Shown here: piece after piece, positions 27,922 to 35,732 of the stretch
How the letters are laid out: every line of letters starts with the position of its first letter
How positions within the stretch are numbered: the first letter of the stretch is position 1
Assembly (NCBI GenBank): GCA_003222975.1
Contig: QHXN01000028.1
Location: forward strand, 13,820 to 77,819
Length of the DNA: 64,000 bases
Direction: 5' to 3'
Source: Acidobacteriota bacterium
Lineage (GTDB): Bacteria; Acidobacteriota; Blastocatellia; Pyrinomonadales; Pyrinomonadaceae
The notes under the pieces: generated by a model
Databases searched by the model: none
What the model saw: only the letters and a program-made list of their open reading frames with translations
What the model was told of the DNA's origin: nothing
Translations under genes and position numbers: made by a program

Positions 27922-29091
27922 TCAGCGGTAAAGGACTGGCACGGACAACTCCGTCATGCCGGGGCCGCCGTTCGGGTCGTAGCCGCCCGCGCCGAGAACG
28001 GTGCGCAGGCCGATGTACTCGACCTGTATGTCGCCGCCGTTGCCGCCGCCGATCCTGCTGTTGAGGAAGAACGCGCCGATGCGGAATATCTGCACCGTGT
28101 CGCGCCCGTTGTCGAACTCGCTCTGCTTGATGATCGGGATGAGCACGACGCGGCGGCCCCAGACGGGCGTCCCCGTGTTCGGCGACTGGAAGTTGCTCCC
28201 GGTCTGCTGTCCCGGCTGCTGGCTGTCGAGATATTGCTGGTAGGTGATGCCCTCTTTGACGTTCATGTCCGGCGGGTAGAGCGCCGAGTCGAGGCCGCCC
28301 GTGTAGTCGCCGAAGCGCGTGTTGATGCCCTGGCGGACTGCGCCCGACGAGACGCCCGGCTTCGTCTGCACCACGTCGCCGACGCCCACGTCGGCATGCA
28401 CGCCGTTGGCGAGGCCCGTGCGGTCGTCGTTCGCGCCGGGGGCGTCAATGGCGAGTATCTGGTAGTTGCCGGGGCTGACCGCCGTGCCGGGCGCGCGGCG
28501 GATGGTGTACATGTTGCCGGGCAGGATGTCCTGGCCGTCGTTGCTCGTGATGACCGTGACCGGCAGGATGTGCTCGAAGTAGTTCGGCGCGACCGACATC
28601 CCCGCGACCGCGTCGGCCCCGATGTCGTGCGAGCCGCCGATGACAACGGAGGCGAAGAAGACGTGGAGCGTCTTCGGCGGGACTGTCACCTTCACGAAGC
28701 GGACGCGCGTGGCGACGGCCTTCGCGCTCGTCTCGCTCATGTCCAGCCCCGCGTCGAAGTCCGAGAGGTTGACGGCGAAGCGCACATCCGTGCGCGTGAT
28801 GGTCGCCTGCTTGTGGTTGAACTCGTAGTTGTTGAACGAGCTGACGGCGATGTCGGTCGCCTTCGTGATGCCGCCGTCGTCGGAGTTGAGCGAGGCGGCG
28901 GCGCTGATGGCGGCGGCGTCCGCCGCGTTCTGCAATTCGTTCTTCACGAGGTAGAAGTGGCCGATGTCCACGCACAGCCCCGTGGCGAGGAGGAAGGCGA
29001 GCATGCCGAGCGTGCTGACTGCGAGAACCGAGCCGCGCTCGCCGCGCCCGCGGCGTGGGATGCAAACAGATTCTTCTGCGCCCTGCTTCAT
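27922..29091 (-). CDS. TadG-like pilus assembly protein
   Basis: I use ATG 29091 (GAGGAGGG SD). ERGSVLAVSTLGMLAFLLATGLCVDIGHFYLVKNELQNAADAAA is the Tad_N/TadG-type N-terminus. The track extension to 29415 is Arg-rich junk overlapping cpaC. Confidence 0.75.
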   Translation of the reverse strand: MKQGAEESVCIPRRGRGERGSVLAVSTLGMLAFLLATGLCVDIGHFYLVKNELQNAADAAAISAAASLNSDDGGITKATDIAVSSFNNYEFNHKQATITRTDVRFAVNLSDFDAGLDMSETSAKAVATRVRFVKVTVPPKTLHVFFASVVIGGSHDIGADAVAGMSVAPNYFEHILPVTVITSNDGQDILPGNMYTIRRAPGTAVSPGNYQILAIDAPGANDDRTGLANGVHADVGVGDVVQTKPGVSSGAVRQGINTRFGDYTGGLDSALYPPDMNVKEGITYQQYLDSQQPGQQTGSNFQSPNTGTPVWGRRVVLIPIIKQSEFDNGRDTVQIFRIGAFFLNSRIGGGNGGDIQVEYIGLRTVLGAGGYDPNGGPGMTELSVPVLYR

Positions 29092-29146
29092 CGCTCTTCC
29101 CTCCTCTCGAAAATGAACCGCCCTTGTGCGCCGTGGCGGCGCGGCC

Positions 29147-30850
29147 TCACGGCTGCGGCTTGATGCTCGCCTGCTGCGCCGCCGCGCTGGTCGTCGCCTG
29201 CGCCGCGGCCTTCGCGTCCGCAGGCTTGCTCGCGCTCGCCGAGGCGCTGGCCGCGCTGGCGGAAGAAGCGCCTGTCGGGGCCGCCTGCTTCGCGGGCAGC
29301 GGCGGCGCAGCCGCGTCGTCGGGCGCGACCACGGGGCCCGCTGCGCTCGCCGCGCCGCCGACGCCCGCGCCGCTCGTCGTGCTGCTCGTCGCCGTGCCGC
29401 CCGACGTGGCGGCACCGGACTTGGTGCCGTCCGTCGTGCCGCTCGTCGCGCCGCTCGACTTGTCGCCGCCGGTGGAGAAGCCGCTCGGCCCCTTGATGCC
29501 CTCGCCCTTCGGCTCGACGCCGAGCGGCGACGAGCCCTTGAGGCCGTCCATGCCGCGCATGGCGGGCAGGTCGTCGCGGTTGACGGGTTTGACGAGCTGC
29601 GCCGTGATGATGAACATCAGCTCGGTCTCCTGCTTCTGGAACGTCTTCGACTTGAAGAGGTTGCCGATGATGGGCACGTCGCTGATGAAGGGAACTCTGG
29701 AGAGCGACTTCGTCTCGCTGTTGTCCAGGAGGCCCGCGAGCGCGAACGATTGTCCGTCTCTCAGCTCGACGCCGGTCTTGGCGCGGCGGGTCTTCAAGGC
29801 GGGGATGAGGAAGCCGTCGAACTTGACGCCGTTGGCGAAGTCAATCGTGGAGACTTCCGGTTCGAGTTCGAGGCGGATGTGATCTTCGTCAACGATGGTC
29901 GGCTTGAAGTTGAGGCGGACGCCGTACTCCTTGAAGACGATGCTGACGGCGTTGCCGCCCGTCCCGCTCTGTACGACGGGCACGGGGTACTCGCCGCCCG
30001 CGAGGAAGCTGGCCTGCTGGCCGTCCATCGCGATCAGGTTCGGCTCGGCCAGCTCGCGAATCGCGCCCTGCGTCTGCAAGGCGCGCAGGAAGTTGAAGGT
30101 GTTGCCGCCCATCACGAAGAGATTGAGCGCGCTGCCCGCGACTGTGCCGGCGATGTTGCCGGCGGTGACGCTGTCAACAGAGTACGGGCCGCCGCCGCTG
30201 CCGACGAAGCCGCCGACGCCCGGCCTTGACTCGTAGGCGTAAGACGCGCCGAGGTCGCGCAGGCGGCTGCGGCTCACCTCGGCGACGCGAACCTGAAGCT
30301 GCACCTGCGCCGTGTCGCGCACGGGCGACTGGAGCATGTTGACGGTCTTGAAGCCCGCGGCCTGCACGACCTGATCCACCTGCTCGCCAGTCTTCGCGGT
30401 GCTGACGCTGCCTGAGATGACGACCGAGCCGTTGGCCTGGCTCAGGCGGATGTCGTCTTTCGGAAAGAGCGCGCGAATCTGCGCGTCAATGAGCGAGAGG
30501 TTGGTGCGGACGAACACGTCGAAGACGAGGAAGCGGCTGCCCTTCTGCTCCCAGGCGATGAAGTTGACCTGCCCGAACGCCTTGCCGTTGACGAGCACCT
30601 GGTCGGGCGCGACGAGTACGGCCTCGGCGATTTCCGGGTTCGAGACCGAGAAGCGACCGATGGGCTTGTCGAAGTTGATGACGCGCGACTGGCCGACTAA
30701 GACATTGATCGGCGTCGCCTCCTGCGCGCTCGAAGAGAAGCTTGACTGCACCGACGGCGACTGCCCGAACACACTCGACGAGGCGGCGGCGAGCAAGAGG
30801 GCGGCGCAGACGAGCGCGACGCGGCTGGTGATTCTGGCACGGTTCAGCAT
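29147..30850 (-). CDS. cpaC: Tad pilus secretin CpaC/RcpA
   Basis: It has a BON/secretin N-domain region and the secretin core ...NLIAMDGQQASFLAGGEYPVPV...GVRLNFKPTIVDEDHIRLELEPEVS...ALKTRRAKTGVELRDGQSFALAGLL...VPFISDVPIIGNLFKS. A long Ala/Ser/Thr/Gly-rich C-terminal tail follows. Confidence 0.9.
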   Translation of the reverse strand: MLNRARITSRVALVCAALLLAAASSSVFGQSPSVQSSFSSSAQEATPINVLVGQSRVINFDKPIGRFSVSNPEIAEAVLVAPDQVLVNGKAFGQVNFIAWEQKGSRFLVFDVFVRTNLSLIDAQIRALFPKDDIRLSQANGSVVISGSVSTAKTGEQVDQVVQAAGFKTVNMLQSPVRDTAQVQLQVRVAEVSRSRLRDLGASYAYESRPGVGGFVGSGGGPYSVDSVTAGNIAGTVAGSALNLFVMGGNTFNFLRALQTQGAIRELAEPNLIAMDGQQASFLAGGEYPVPVVQSGTGGNAVSIVFKEYGVRLNFKPTIVDEDHIRLELEPEVSTIDFANGVKFDGFLIPALKTRRAKTGVELRDGQSFALAGLLDNSETKSLSRVPFISDVPIIGNLFKSKTFQKQETELMFIITAQLVKPVNRDDLPAMRGMDGLKGSSPLGVEPKGEGIKGPSGFSTGGDKSSGATSGTTDGTKSGAATSGGTATSSTTSGAGVGGAASAAGPVVAPDDAAAPPLPAKQAAPTGASSASAASASASASKPADAKAAAQATTSAAAQQASIKPQP

Positions 30851-30870
30851 GGTGTTTCGACTCCTCTGTA

Positions 30871-30993
30871 TTAGCCGTTAGCTGTTAGCTGTTGGCTGTT
30901 AGCTTTTTTTAGTCCGTCAGCCAGCCGCTTTGCCTTCAACACTCAACCTTTGTGAGCGGGAAAGCTAACGGCTAATCGCTATCGGCTAATCGC
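30871..30993. repeat. heptamer-periodic hairpin element (TTAGCCG/TTAGCTG)
   Basis: ttagccgttagctgttagctgttggctgttagc (30871-30903) pairs with gctaacggctaatcgctatcggctaatcgc (30964-30993). The loop is about 60 nt. It abuts the cpaB stop (30995). Confidence 0.7.
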
Positions 30994-30994
30994 T

Positions 30995-31924
30995 TCAGGG
31001 AAAATCTACGTTGCGTTTTTTCGCGCCCTCGAACATCTCGACGGTCGCGCGCGGCGTGGGCGCGGGCTTCGGCTGCTCGGCCTTCGGCGCGTCCTGCGTC
31101 ACCGACGAGCGGTGCTCGAAGACCGGGCGCGGGGCCGCGGGAACGGGCTTCTGCTTCGGCTGCTCGCTCTTCAGAGAGCCGGGGTCGGGCTGCGGCGCGG
31201 CGTGCTCGCCGCCGAGTAGCGTCCGCTTGTCAACGCCCTGTGTCTGCTCGTCGTCTTGGTCAATCGAGTTGCGCATGACGAGCTGGAGCTTGCCCTCGGT
31301 CGAGGCGAGCGCGAGCTTCTCGGCCTCCTCCGGCGTCACTTGAAGCGTGACGGCCTTGACCTGCTGCGCGTCGCGGTCGCCGTTCTTCGGCTGGTCAATG
31401 TTCTGCCCCGACGCGAGCACCTTGATGTTCTGCAACACGATCTTCGAGATCGGCCCCGTGCCGCCCGTCGTGTTGTCGGTCGGCTGGATGACGACGACCA
31501 CGTCAACGAGCGAGCCGGGGCGCGCGAACCCCGCGACGCCGACCACGTCGTCCACCTTCACGGTCATGGCGCGGTAGCCTTCGGGGATGACCGCCGAGAG
31601 TCCGGCGGCAGAGCCTTCGGGCGCGAGCTTGAAGTCCGTGACCGGCTCGCGCGCGGCGACGTTGACGGTGACGACGCGACCGACGAGTTTGTCCGCCGAC
31701 TCGAACGCGCCGTCGGGCGTGGCGTCGCCCGGAACCTGCACGGTCGTCAACTGCTCGGTGACGAGCTTCGTGCCGAGGGGGATGTCAACCTTAGCGACCA
31801 CGACCTTCCGCATGTCCCTGGTCAACGCCTGGGCGTTCGAGAGGTAGCGGCTAACGGCGACCGCGGCCACCAGCCCGAAGGCCGCGGCCCCGAAGAGCAC
31901 GAAGAGAATGCGTTTGTTGCGCAT
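30995..31924 (-). CDS. cpaB: Flp pilus assembly protein CpaB/RcpC
   Basis: It has an N-terminal TM segment followed by SAF-type VVVAKVDIPLGTKLVTEQLTTVQVP and ...VVVIQPT...ISKIVLQNIKVLASGQ. A Pro/Gln-rich C-tail follows. Confidence 0.85.
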   Translation of the reverse strand: MRNKRILFVLFGAAAFGLVAAVAVSRYLSNAQALTRDMRKVVVAKVDIPLGTKLVTEQLTTVQVPGDATPDGAFESADKLVGRVVTVNVAAREPVTDFKLAPEGSAAGLSAVIPEGYRAMTVKVDDVVGVAGFARPGSLVDVVVVIQPTDNTTGGTGPISKIVLQNIKVLASGQNIDQPKNGDRDAQQVKAVTLQVTPEEAEKLALASTEGKLQLVMRNSIDQDDEQTQGVDKRTLLGGEHAAPQPDPGSLKSEQPKQKPVPAAPRPVFEHRSSVTQDAPKAEQPKPAPTPRATVEMFEGAKKRNVDFP

Positions 31925-31977
31925 GGCGTTTGTTCTCCAAGTCGGGGCCGACGCTTGGCGCGCGCCCCTGCAAGCCG

Positions 31978-32505
31978 CTACGGGCGGAAAATGAGAAGCG
32001 AGATCAGGCTGCCGAAGGTGATCGCCACGCCGTAGGGGATCGTCTTGCGACGGTCGGCGGGGACGGTCAGGCGCGGCATCTTCCAGCCGGGCAAAAGGCC
32101 CACGATCAGCATCAGCGTGTTGTGCAGCGTCGAGCGAACCGCGCCCGCCCGGAGCATCGTCACGAAGCCGAGCGCGCCGCCCGTCAGCACGACGACGAAG
32201 AACGTCGGCACGACGAGCGGAGCGCCCAACACCGAGCCGATGGCCGCGAACAGCTTCACGTCGCCCGCGCCCATCGCGCCGAAGACGTGGAGGATGAACA
32301 TCAGCGCGAAGGCCAGCGCGCAGCCGCCGAGGCTCTCGAGCGCCCCGCCCGCGCCCCCGGCGAGCGCGTTCACCGCAAGCCCCGTCAGGAACGTCGCCAG
32401 CACGAACGGGTTCGGGATGCGGCGGTAGCGCACGTCGTAGTAAGTGATGACGAGCGCCAGCGGCACGAGGAAGGCGGCGGCGATGATTGCGGGGTAGCCT
32501 GTCAT
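31978..32505 (-). CDS. cpaA: prepilin peptidase CpaA/TadV (A24 family)
   Basis: It is a polytopic protein with the two catalytic-Asp contexts YYDVRYRRIPN and GAMGAGDVKLFAAIG. Confidence 0.88.
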   Translation of the reverse strand: MTGYPAIIAAAFLVPLALVITYYDVRYRRIPNPFVLATFLTGLAVNALAGGAGGALESLGGCALAFALMFILHVFGAMGAGDVKLFAAIGSVLGAPLVVPTFFVVVLTGGALGFVTMLRAGAVRSTLHNTLMLIVGLLPGWKMPRLTVPADRRKTIPYGVAITFGSLISLLIFRP

Positions 32506-32508
32506 TGT

Positions 32509-32664
32509 CTACTTGATGTTGCCGGCAAGATTGTTGATGACCCCTCGGACGTTAGTGCCGAGGGTCGTGAAGGCCGCGAGCACTGCGAGCGAGATGAGCG
32601 CCGCCGCAATCGCGTACTCGGAAAGCTCAAGGCCGCTGTCGTCGCGAATAAAATTCTTGAACAT
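32509..32664 (-). CDS. flp: Flp family type IVb pilin (51 aa), copy 3
   Basis: The ORF is below the track cutoff. My translation is MFKNFIRDDSGLELSEYAIAAALISLAVLAAFTTLGTNVRGVINNLAGNIK*. It has the Flp motif G/LELSEY and GAGGAG/AGAGGAA SDs. Confidence 0.85.
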   Translation of the reverse strand: MFKNFIRDDSGLELSEYAIAAALISLAVLAAFTTLGTNVRGVINNLAGNIK

Positions 32665-32680
32665 TTCCTCTGCTCCTCAT

Positions 32681-32728
32681 GCGAAAACGGGGGCGCGACC
32701 GTTTGGCTGCACGGCGGGTGCGCCCCGC
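32681..32728 (-). terminator. GC-rich hairpin plus T-tract between flp copy 2 and copy 3
   Basis: The reverse strand has GGGGCGC...GCGCCCC followed by CGTTTTCGC. Confidence 0.45.
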
Positions 32729-32748
32729 GCTGTGGCGGCGGCGCTCGC

Positions 32749-32904
32749 TCACTTGATGAAACTCGCGAGGTTGTTGATGACCCCCGAAATGTTTGTGCCC
32801 AGGGTTGTGAAGACGCCGACGACCGCGAGGGCTATGAGCGCCGCGGCCACCGCGTATTCCGAAAGCTCAAGCCCGCTGTCGTCGCGGAGAAAGCTCTTAA
32901 TCAT
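32749..32904 (-). CDS. flp: Flp family type IVb pilin (51 aa), copy 2
   Basis: My translation is MIKSFLRDDSGLELSEYAVAAALIALAVVGVFTTLGTNISGVINNLASFIK*. It has an AAGGAG SD. Confidence 0.85.
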   Translation of the reverse strand: MIKSFLRDDSGLELSEYAVAAALIALAVVGVFTTLGTNISGVINNLASFIK

Positions 32905-32948
32905 TTCCGTTCCCTTCTGCTCCTTACTCGTGTGTTCGTGTTAGCGGA

Positions 32949-32988
32949 GGCGCGCCCGATCACCTGTGCGGGGGAAGTCGGGCGCGCC
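32949..32988 (-). other. perfect 11-bp GC hairpin between flp copy 1 and copy 2
   Basis: ggcgcgcccga (32949-32959) pairs with tcgggcgcgcc (32978-32988). There is no T-tract. Confidence 0.5.
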
Positions 32989-33013
32989 CCGCGTCTGTCG
33001 CGACAGCGCTCGC

Positions 33014-33169
33014 TTACTTGATGTTGCCGGCGAGGTTGTTGATGACGCCCTTGATGTTGCCGCCCAGCGTCGTGAAGACGCCGACGACCGCGAGGGCGAT
33101 GAGAGCCGCGGCCACCGCGTACTCGGAAAGCTCAAGGCCGGTTTCGTCGCGAAGAAAGCTCTTAATCAT
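33014..33169 (-). CDS. flp: Flp family type IVb pilin (51 aa), copy 1
   Basis: I use ATG 33169 within track ORF 33014..33262. The translation is MIKSFLRDETGLELSEYAVAAALIALAVVGVFTTLGGNIKGVINNLAGNIK*. It has an AAAGGAG SD. Confidence 0.88.
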   Translation of the reverse strand: MIKSFLRDETGLELSEYAVAAALIALAVVGVFTTLGGNIKGVINNLAGNIK

Positions 33170-33271
33170 GGTTCGTTTGCTCCTTTTTCCGAAGTTGGTT
33201 TGAAGGTTGTGTGCCAAGCCCTCTCCCCCGGACTTCTCACCCAGAGCGCGGCGGGAGGACAACTGAGAACT

Positions 33272-33547
33272 TTAAAGACCGAGGTGCAGCGCCGAAGTCT
33301 CACGCGTACCCGCGCGCCTCGCGGCGACCGACGACTCGCGCGCTTTCACACGCGCGCCCGCGCCGCGTGCGTTCAGCATCTGGAACGACGCGCCCACGGC
33401 TGCGAGCGCCAGCAGCAGAAGGTTCTGCCGTGCGTCCGACGCCATCTCGACGGCGCGCAGGCCGACGAAGACGGCGAAGGCGAAGAACGGGGCGGCCAGC
33501 GCGACAGCGGCGAGCGCGAAGAACATTCTGGCGGTGACTTTTTTCAT
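33272..33547 (-). CDS. small hydrophobic protein (91 aa), first ORF of the Flp/Tad transcription unit
   Basis: I use ATG 33547 (MKKVTARMFFALAAVALAAPFFAFAVFVGL...). It has two predicted TM stretches. I recognise no family. Confidence 0.45.
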   Translation of the reverse strand: MKKVTARMFFALAAVALAAPFFAFAVFVGLRAVEMASDARQNLLLLALAAVGASFQMLNARGAGARVKARESSVAARRAGTRETSALHLGL

Positions 33548-33616
33548 CCTTGTCTTCTGCTCCTTCCGCTCAAACTTACTGCCGACGATCTGCGTCGCGT
33601 GGACGACTCTGTCTTT

Positions 33617-33632
33617 TACAAAGGCCGTGCCA
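33617..33632 (-). promoter_or_regulatory. candidate sigma-54 (-24/-12) promoter
   Basis: The reverse strand reads TGGCACGGCCTTTGTA, against consensus TGGCACG-N4-TTGCW. Only the C of the -12 GC is replaced by T. It lies about 70 nt upstream of the 33547 ATG. Confidence 0.4.
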
Positions 33633-33883
33633 CTGCCGTGCAAACGCTTTCGGGCCGTATTTACTATGTTTTCGTGAAGGACGAAGGAAGGCTTTGTCGC
33701 CGCAGGTTGACAGCCGCCGGGCGCGTGCGCGTGCGCGACTCGTTCGTCGCCCCCGTCAAGTAAGCAGGTGAGAACGACTTAGATTCTTGTCGCCGCGGGT
33801 TGTCAGGCGCACGTGCACGCGTTCACCGCAACGGTGACAACGGCCTCGTTCAAAGTGATCAACCAGCCAATGAAGCCACGAAC

Positions 33884-33960
33884 GTTTAGAGGCTTGCTCA
33901 AGCCAGCCGTCTCAAATCCCTCGGAGCTTGAGACGGCTGGCTTTGTGCAAGCCTCTAAAC
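33884..33960. repeat. long non-heptameric inverted repeat (approximately 32-bp arms)
   Basis: gtttagaggcttgctcaagccagccgtctcaa (33884-33915) pairs with ttgagacggctggctttgtgcaagcctctaaac (33928-33960) around a small internal loop. Confidence 0.85.
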
Positions 33961-34043
33961 GGAAACTTCAGTTATCTGAAGCGTGCGCGTAATTCAGCCG
34001 TGTAGCGGCGACTTATGCACGCCTTATCTAAAATTACAACTAC

Positions 34044-35732
34044 TCATTCCCTCACGAAGATCACCGCTTGGCCGTCCTCGAACACCTTACGCCAGCCGGC
34101 GTCCTGCCGCAGCAGGCTGGCGAGCGGCGCGTCCGGGTTGACGAAGACTGTTCGAACGGCCTCGCGTTCGAGCGGCGCGCGCCAGTTCGCGACGCCGTCG
34201 TGCGTGTGCAGGAACTCTTCCAGATAGTCGTCGCCGTAAACGTCGGCGCGCCCGTCAATGTAAACGCGGTAGTCGGGGTATAGATTCCAGATCATGTAGC
34301 CGCCCCAGCCGTACTCGTTGAAGACCGGCTGCGGCAAACGGTTCGCGCGCATGAACTCGACGGCGGCCACGGGAAAGTTCCGCGCCTCGTCCGACGCCTG
34401 CCGCGCGGCGACCTGCCCGACACGCAAGAACGCGAGCGCCAGCGGCGCGGCGACGAATAGCGCGATATTCAGCACGACCTTCACGCCCGCGCCCGCCTCT
34501 CGCTTCTCCGGCCTCGCGAGCCACGCGCCCCACGTCTGCCGCGTGAGCCACCGCCAGGAGTGCTCGGCCAGCAGAGGCATCGCCGCGAGCGCGAAGAAGG
34601 GCACGTTGCGGCCTGAGCGCAGCGCCGCGTAGCCCGTCGCCGCGAGCAGCAGAAGGCTCGAAGGCCGCACGCGCCCGCGCGACAGAATCATCGCCGCGAA
34701 GGTCGCGAAGAGGAGGAGCGCGAGCGGCTGGAACATCAGCTCGTGGAAGTCCGGCGAGAGCCACTCGTTGATGTACTTCATCATCGCGCGCGAGGTCAGC
34801 GTCTCGAACGGGTAGAGATACAAACGCACGCCGTTCGGGTTGAGCGCGACGGCCATCAGGCACGCCGCGAAGACGAGGGCGAGCGGGCCGACGCGTCGCC
34901 ACAACGGCGACCCGTCGCTTACATTACTTAGGCTCTTCCCGTCGCTTCCGTCACCACAGCTCTGATTGTTCCCGTCGCTCTCGTCACTGCTGTTGTCCCT
35001 GCCCTCGTCACCGCCGCTCTGATTTCTTCGCGTTCTCCCGCCATCGCTCAACCATGAGTCGAGGACGAGGCCCGCGACCGTCAGCGCGATGAGGGCCAGC
35101 CCGAGCGCGAAGCCCGCGTGCATGTTCACCCACAGAGCCGTGAGCGGAACCAGCCAACAGACTGCGCGACGGCTTCCCCAGCGCACGTAGCCGTCGAGCA
35201 CGGCGAGGAAGACGCTTGCGAAGAGGAACGAGAACATCTGCGGGCGCACGCTCCACGTCGGCGACGCGGCGAGCGCGCCCAGCAGCACTGCGAAGCCCGC
35301 GACGTAAGGGTGCCCCGCGACGGCGGCGCAGCGCCTGTACGCGACCCACATGGCCGCCGAGATGACGAGCGCGAAGCAGACCACCAGCCCCGCGTAGCCG
35401 AGCGCCTGATGAATCGAGTACATCAGAACCTCGGACAGCCACTCGTGCGCAACCCACTCGCGCCCGTAGAAGGTCGAGGAGAAGATGTCGGCGCGCGGGA
35501 TGGCGCGCGTCTCGAAGATGAGCTTGCCCGCGCGCAGGTGCCACCAGAAGTCAGGGTCGCTGATGGGCCGCGCCGCCAGCACGAAGACGAGCGACATGAG
35601 GACGAAGACGAGGAGGCGGCGCACGGACAGGTGCAACTCACCCAGCCGCTCCGCGCCGCGCCCGAACGTCTCGGCGACTGGTTGCAGAGGCTCATTGACT
35701 GACGGCGCGACGCCGTTTGAATACTCTTTCAC
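34044..35732 (-). CDS. polytopic membrane protein, GT-C-fold glycosyltransferase-like
   Basis: It has about 12 or more hydrophobic segments. The N-terminal motif is PISDPDFWWHLRAGKLIFETRAIPRADIFSSTFYGREWVAHEWLSEV. I start at GTG 35732, which overlaps the upstream stop as GTGA. Confidence 0.6.
   Translation of the reverse strand: MKEYSNGVAPSVNEPLQPVAETFGRGAERLGELHLSVRRLLVFVLMSLVFVLAARPISDPDFWWHLRAGKLIFETRAIPRADIFSSTFYGREWVAHEWLSEVLMYSIHQALGYAGLVVCFALVISAAMWVAYRRCAAVAGHPYVAGFAVLLGALAASPTWSVRPQMFSFLFASVFLAVLDGYVRWGSRRAVCWLVPLTALWVNMHAGFALGLALIALTVAGLVLDSWLSDGGRTRRNQSGGDEGRDNSSDESDGNNQSCGDGSDGKSLSNVSDGSPLWRRVGPLALVFAACLMAVALNPNGVRLYLYPFETLTSRAMMKYINEWLSPDFHELMFQPLALLLFATFAAMILSRGRVRPSSLLLLAATGYAALRSGRNVPFFALAAMPLLAEHSWRWLTRQTWGAWLARPEKREAGAGVKVVLNIALFVAAPLALAFLRVGQVAARQASDEARNFPVAAVEFMRANRLPQPVFNEYGWGGYMIWNLYPDYRVYIDGRADVYGDDYLEEFLHTHDGVANWRAPLEREAVRTVFVNPDAPLASLLRQDAGWRKVFEDGQAVIFVRE

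Noticed and set aside
29092-29415. 108-aa N-terminal extension of the TadG-like ORF
   Set aside because: It is almost pure Arg/Ala/Pro (MPPRRAARRRAARR...) and overlaps the 3' end of cpaC. A strong SD precedes ATG 29091.
27916-30229. Long plus-strand ORFs (27916..29163, 415 aa; 29126..30229, 367 aa) antisense to tadG/cpaC
   Set aside because: They are typical GC-rich shadow ORFs (Arg/Ala/Gly/Val/Asp-rich, no motifs) that fully overlap well-supported minus-strand genes.
31930-33021. 363-aa plus-strand ORF antisense to cpaA and the flp genes
   Set aside because: It has shadow-ORF composition, and the opposite strand encodes recognisable prepilin peptidase and Flp pilins with SDs.
33200-33216. 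Second sigma-54 promoter directly upstream of flp copy 1 (exact TGGCAC at 33216-33211)
   Set aside because: The -12 region does not fit: GG-N10 is followed by TC, not GC. It was kept only as a note.
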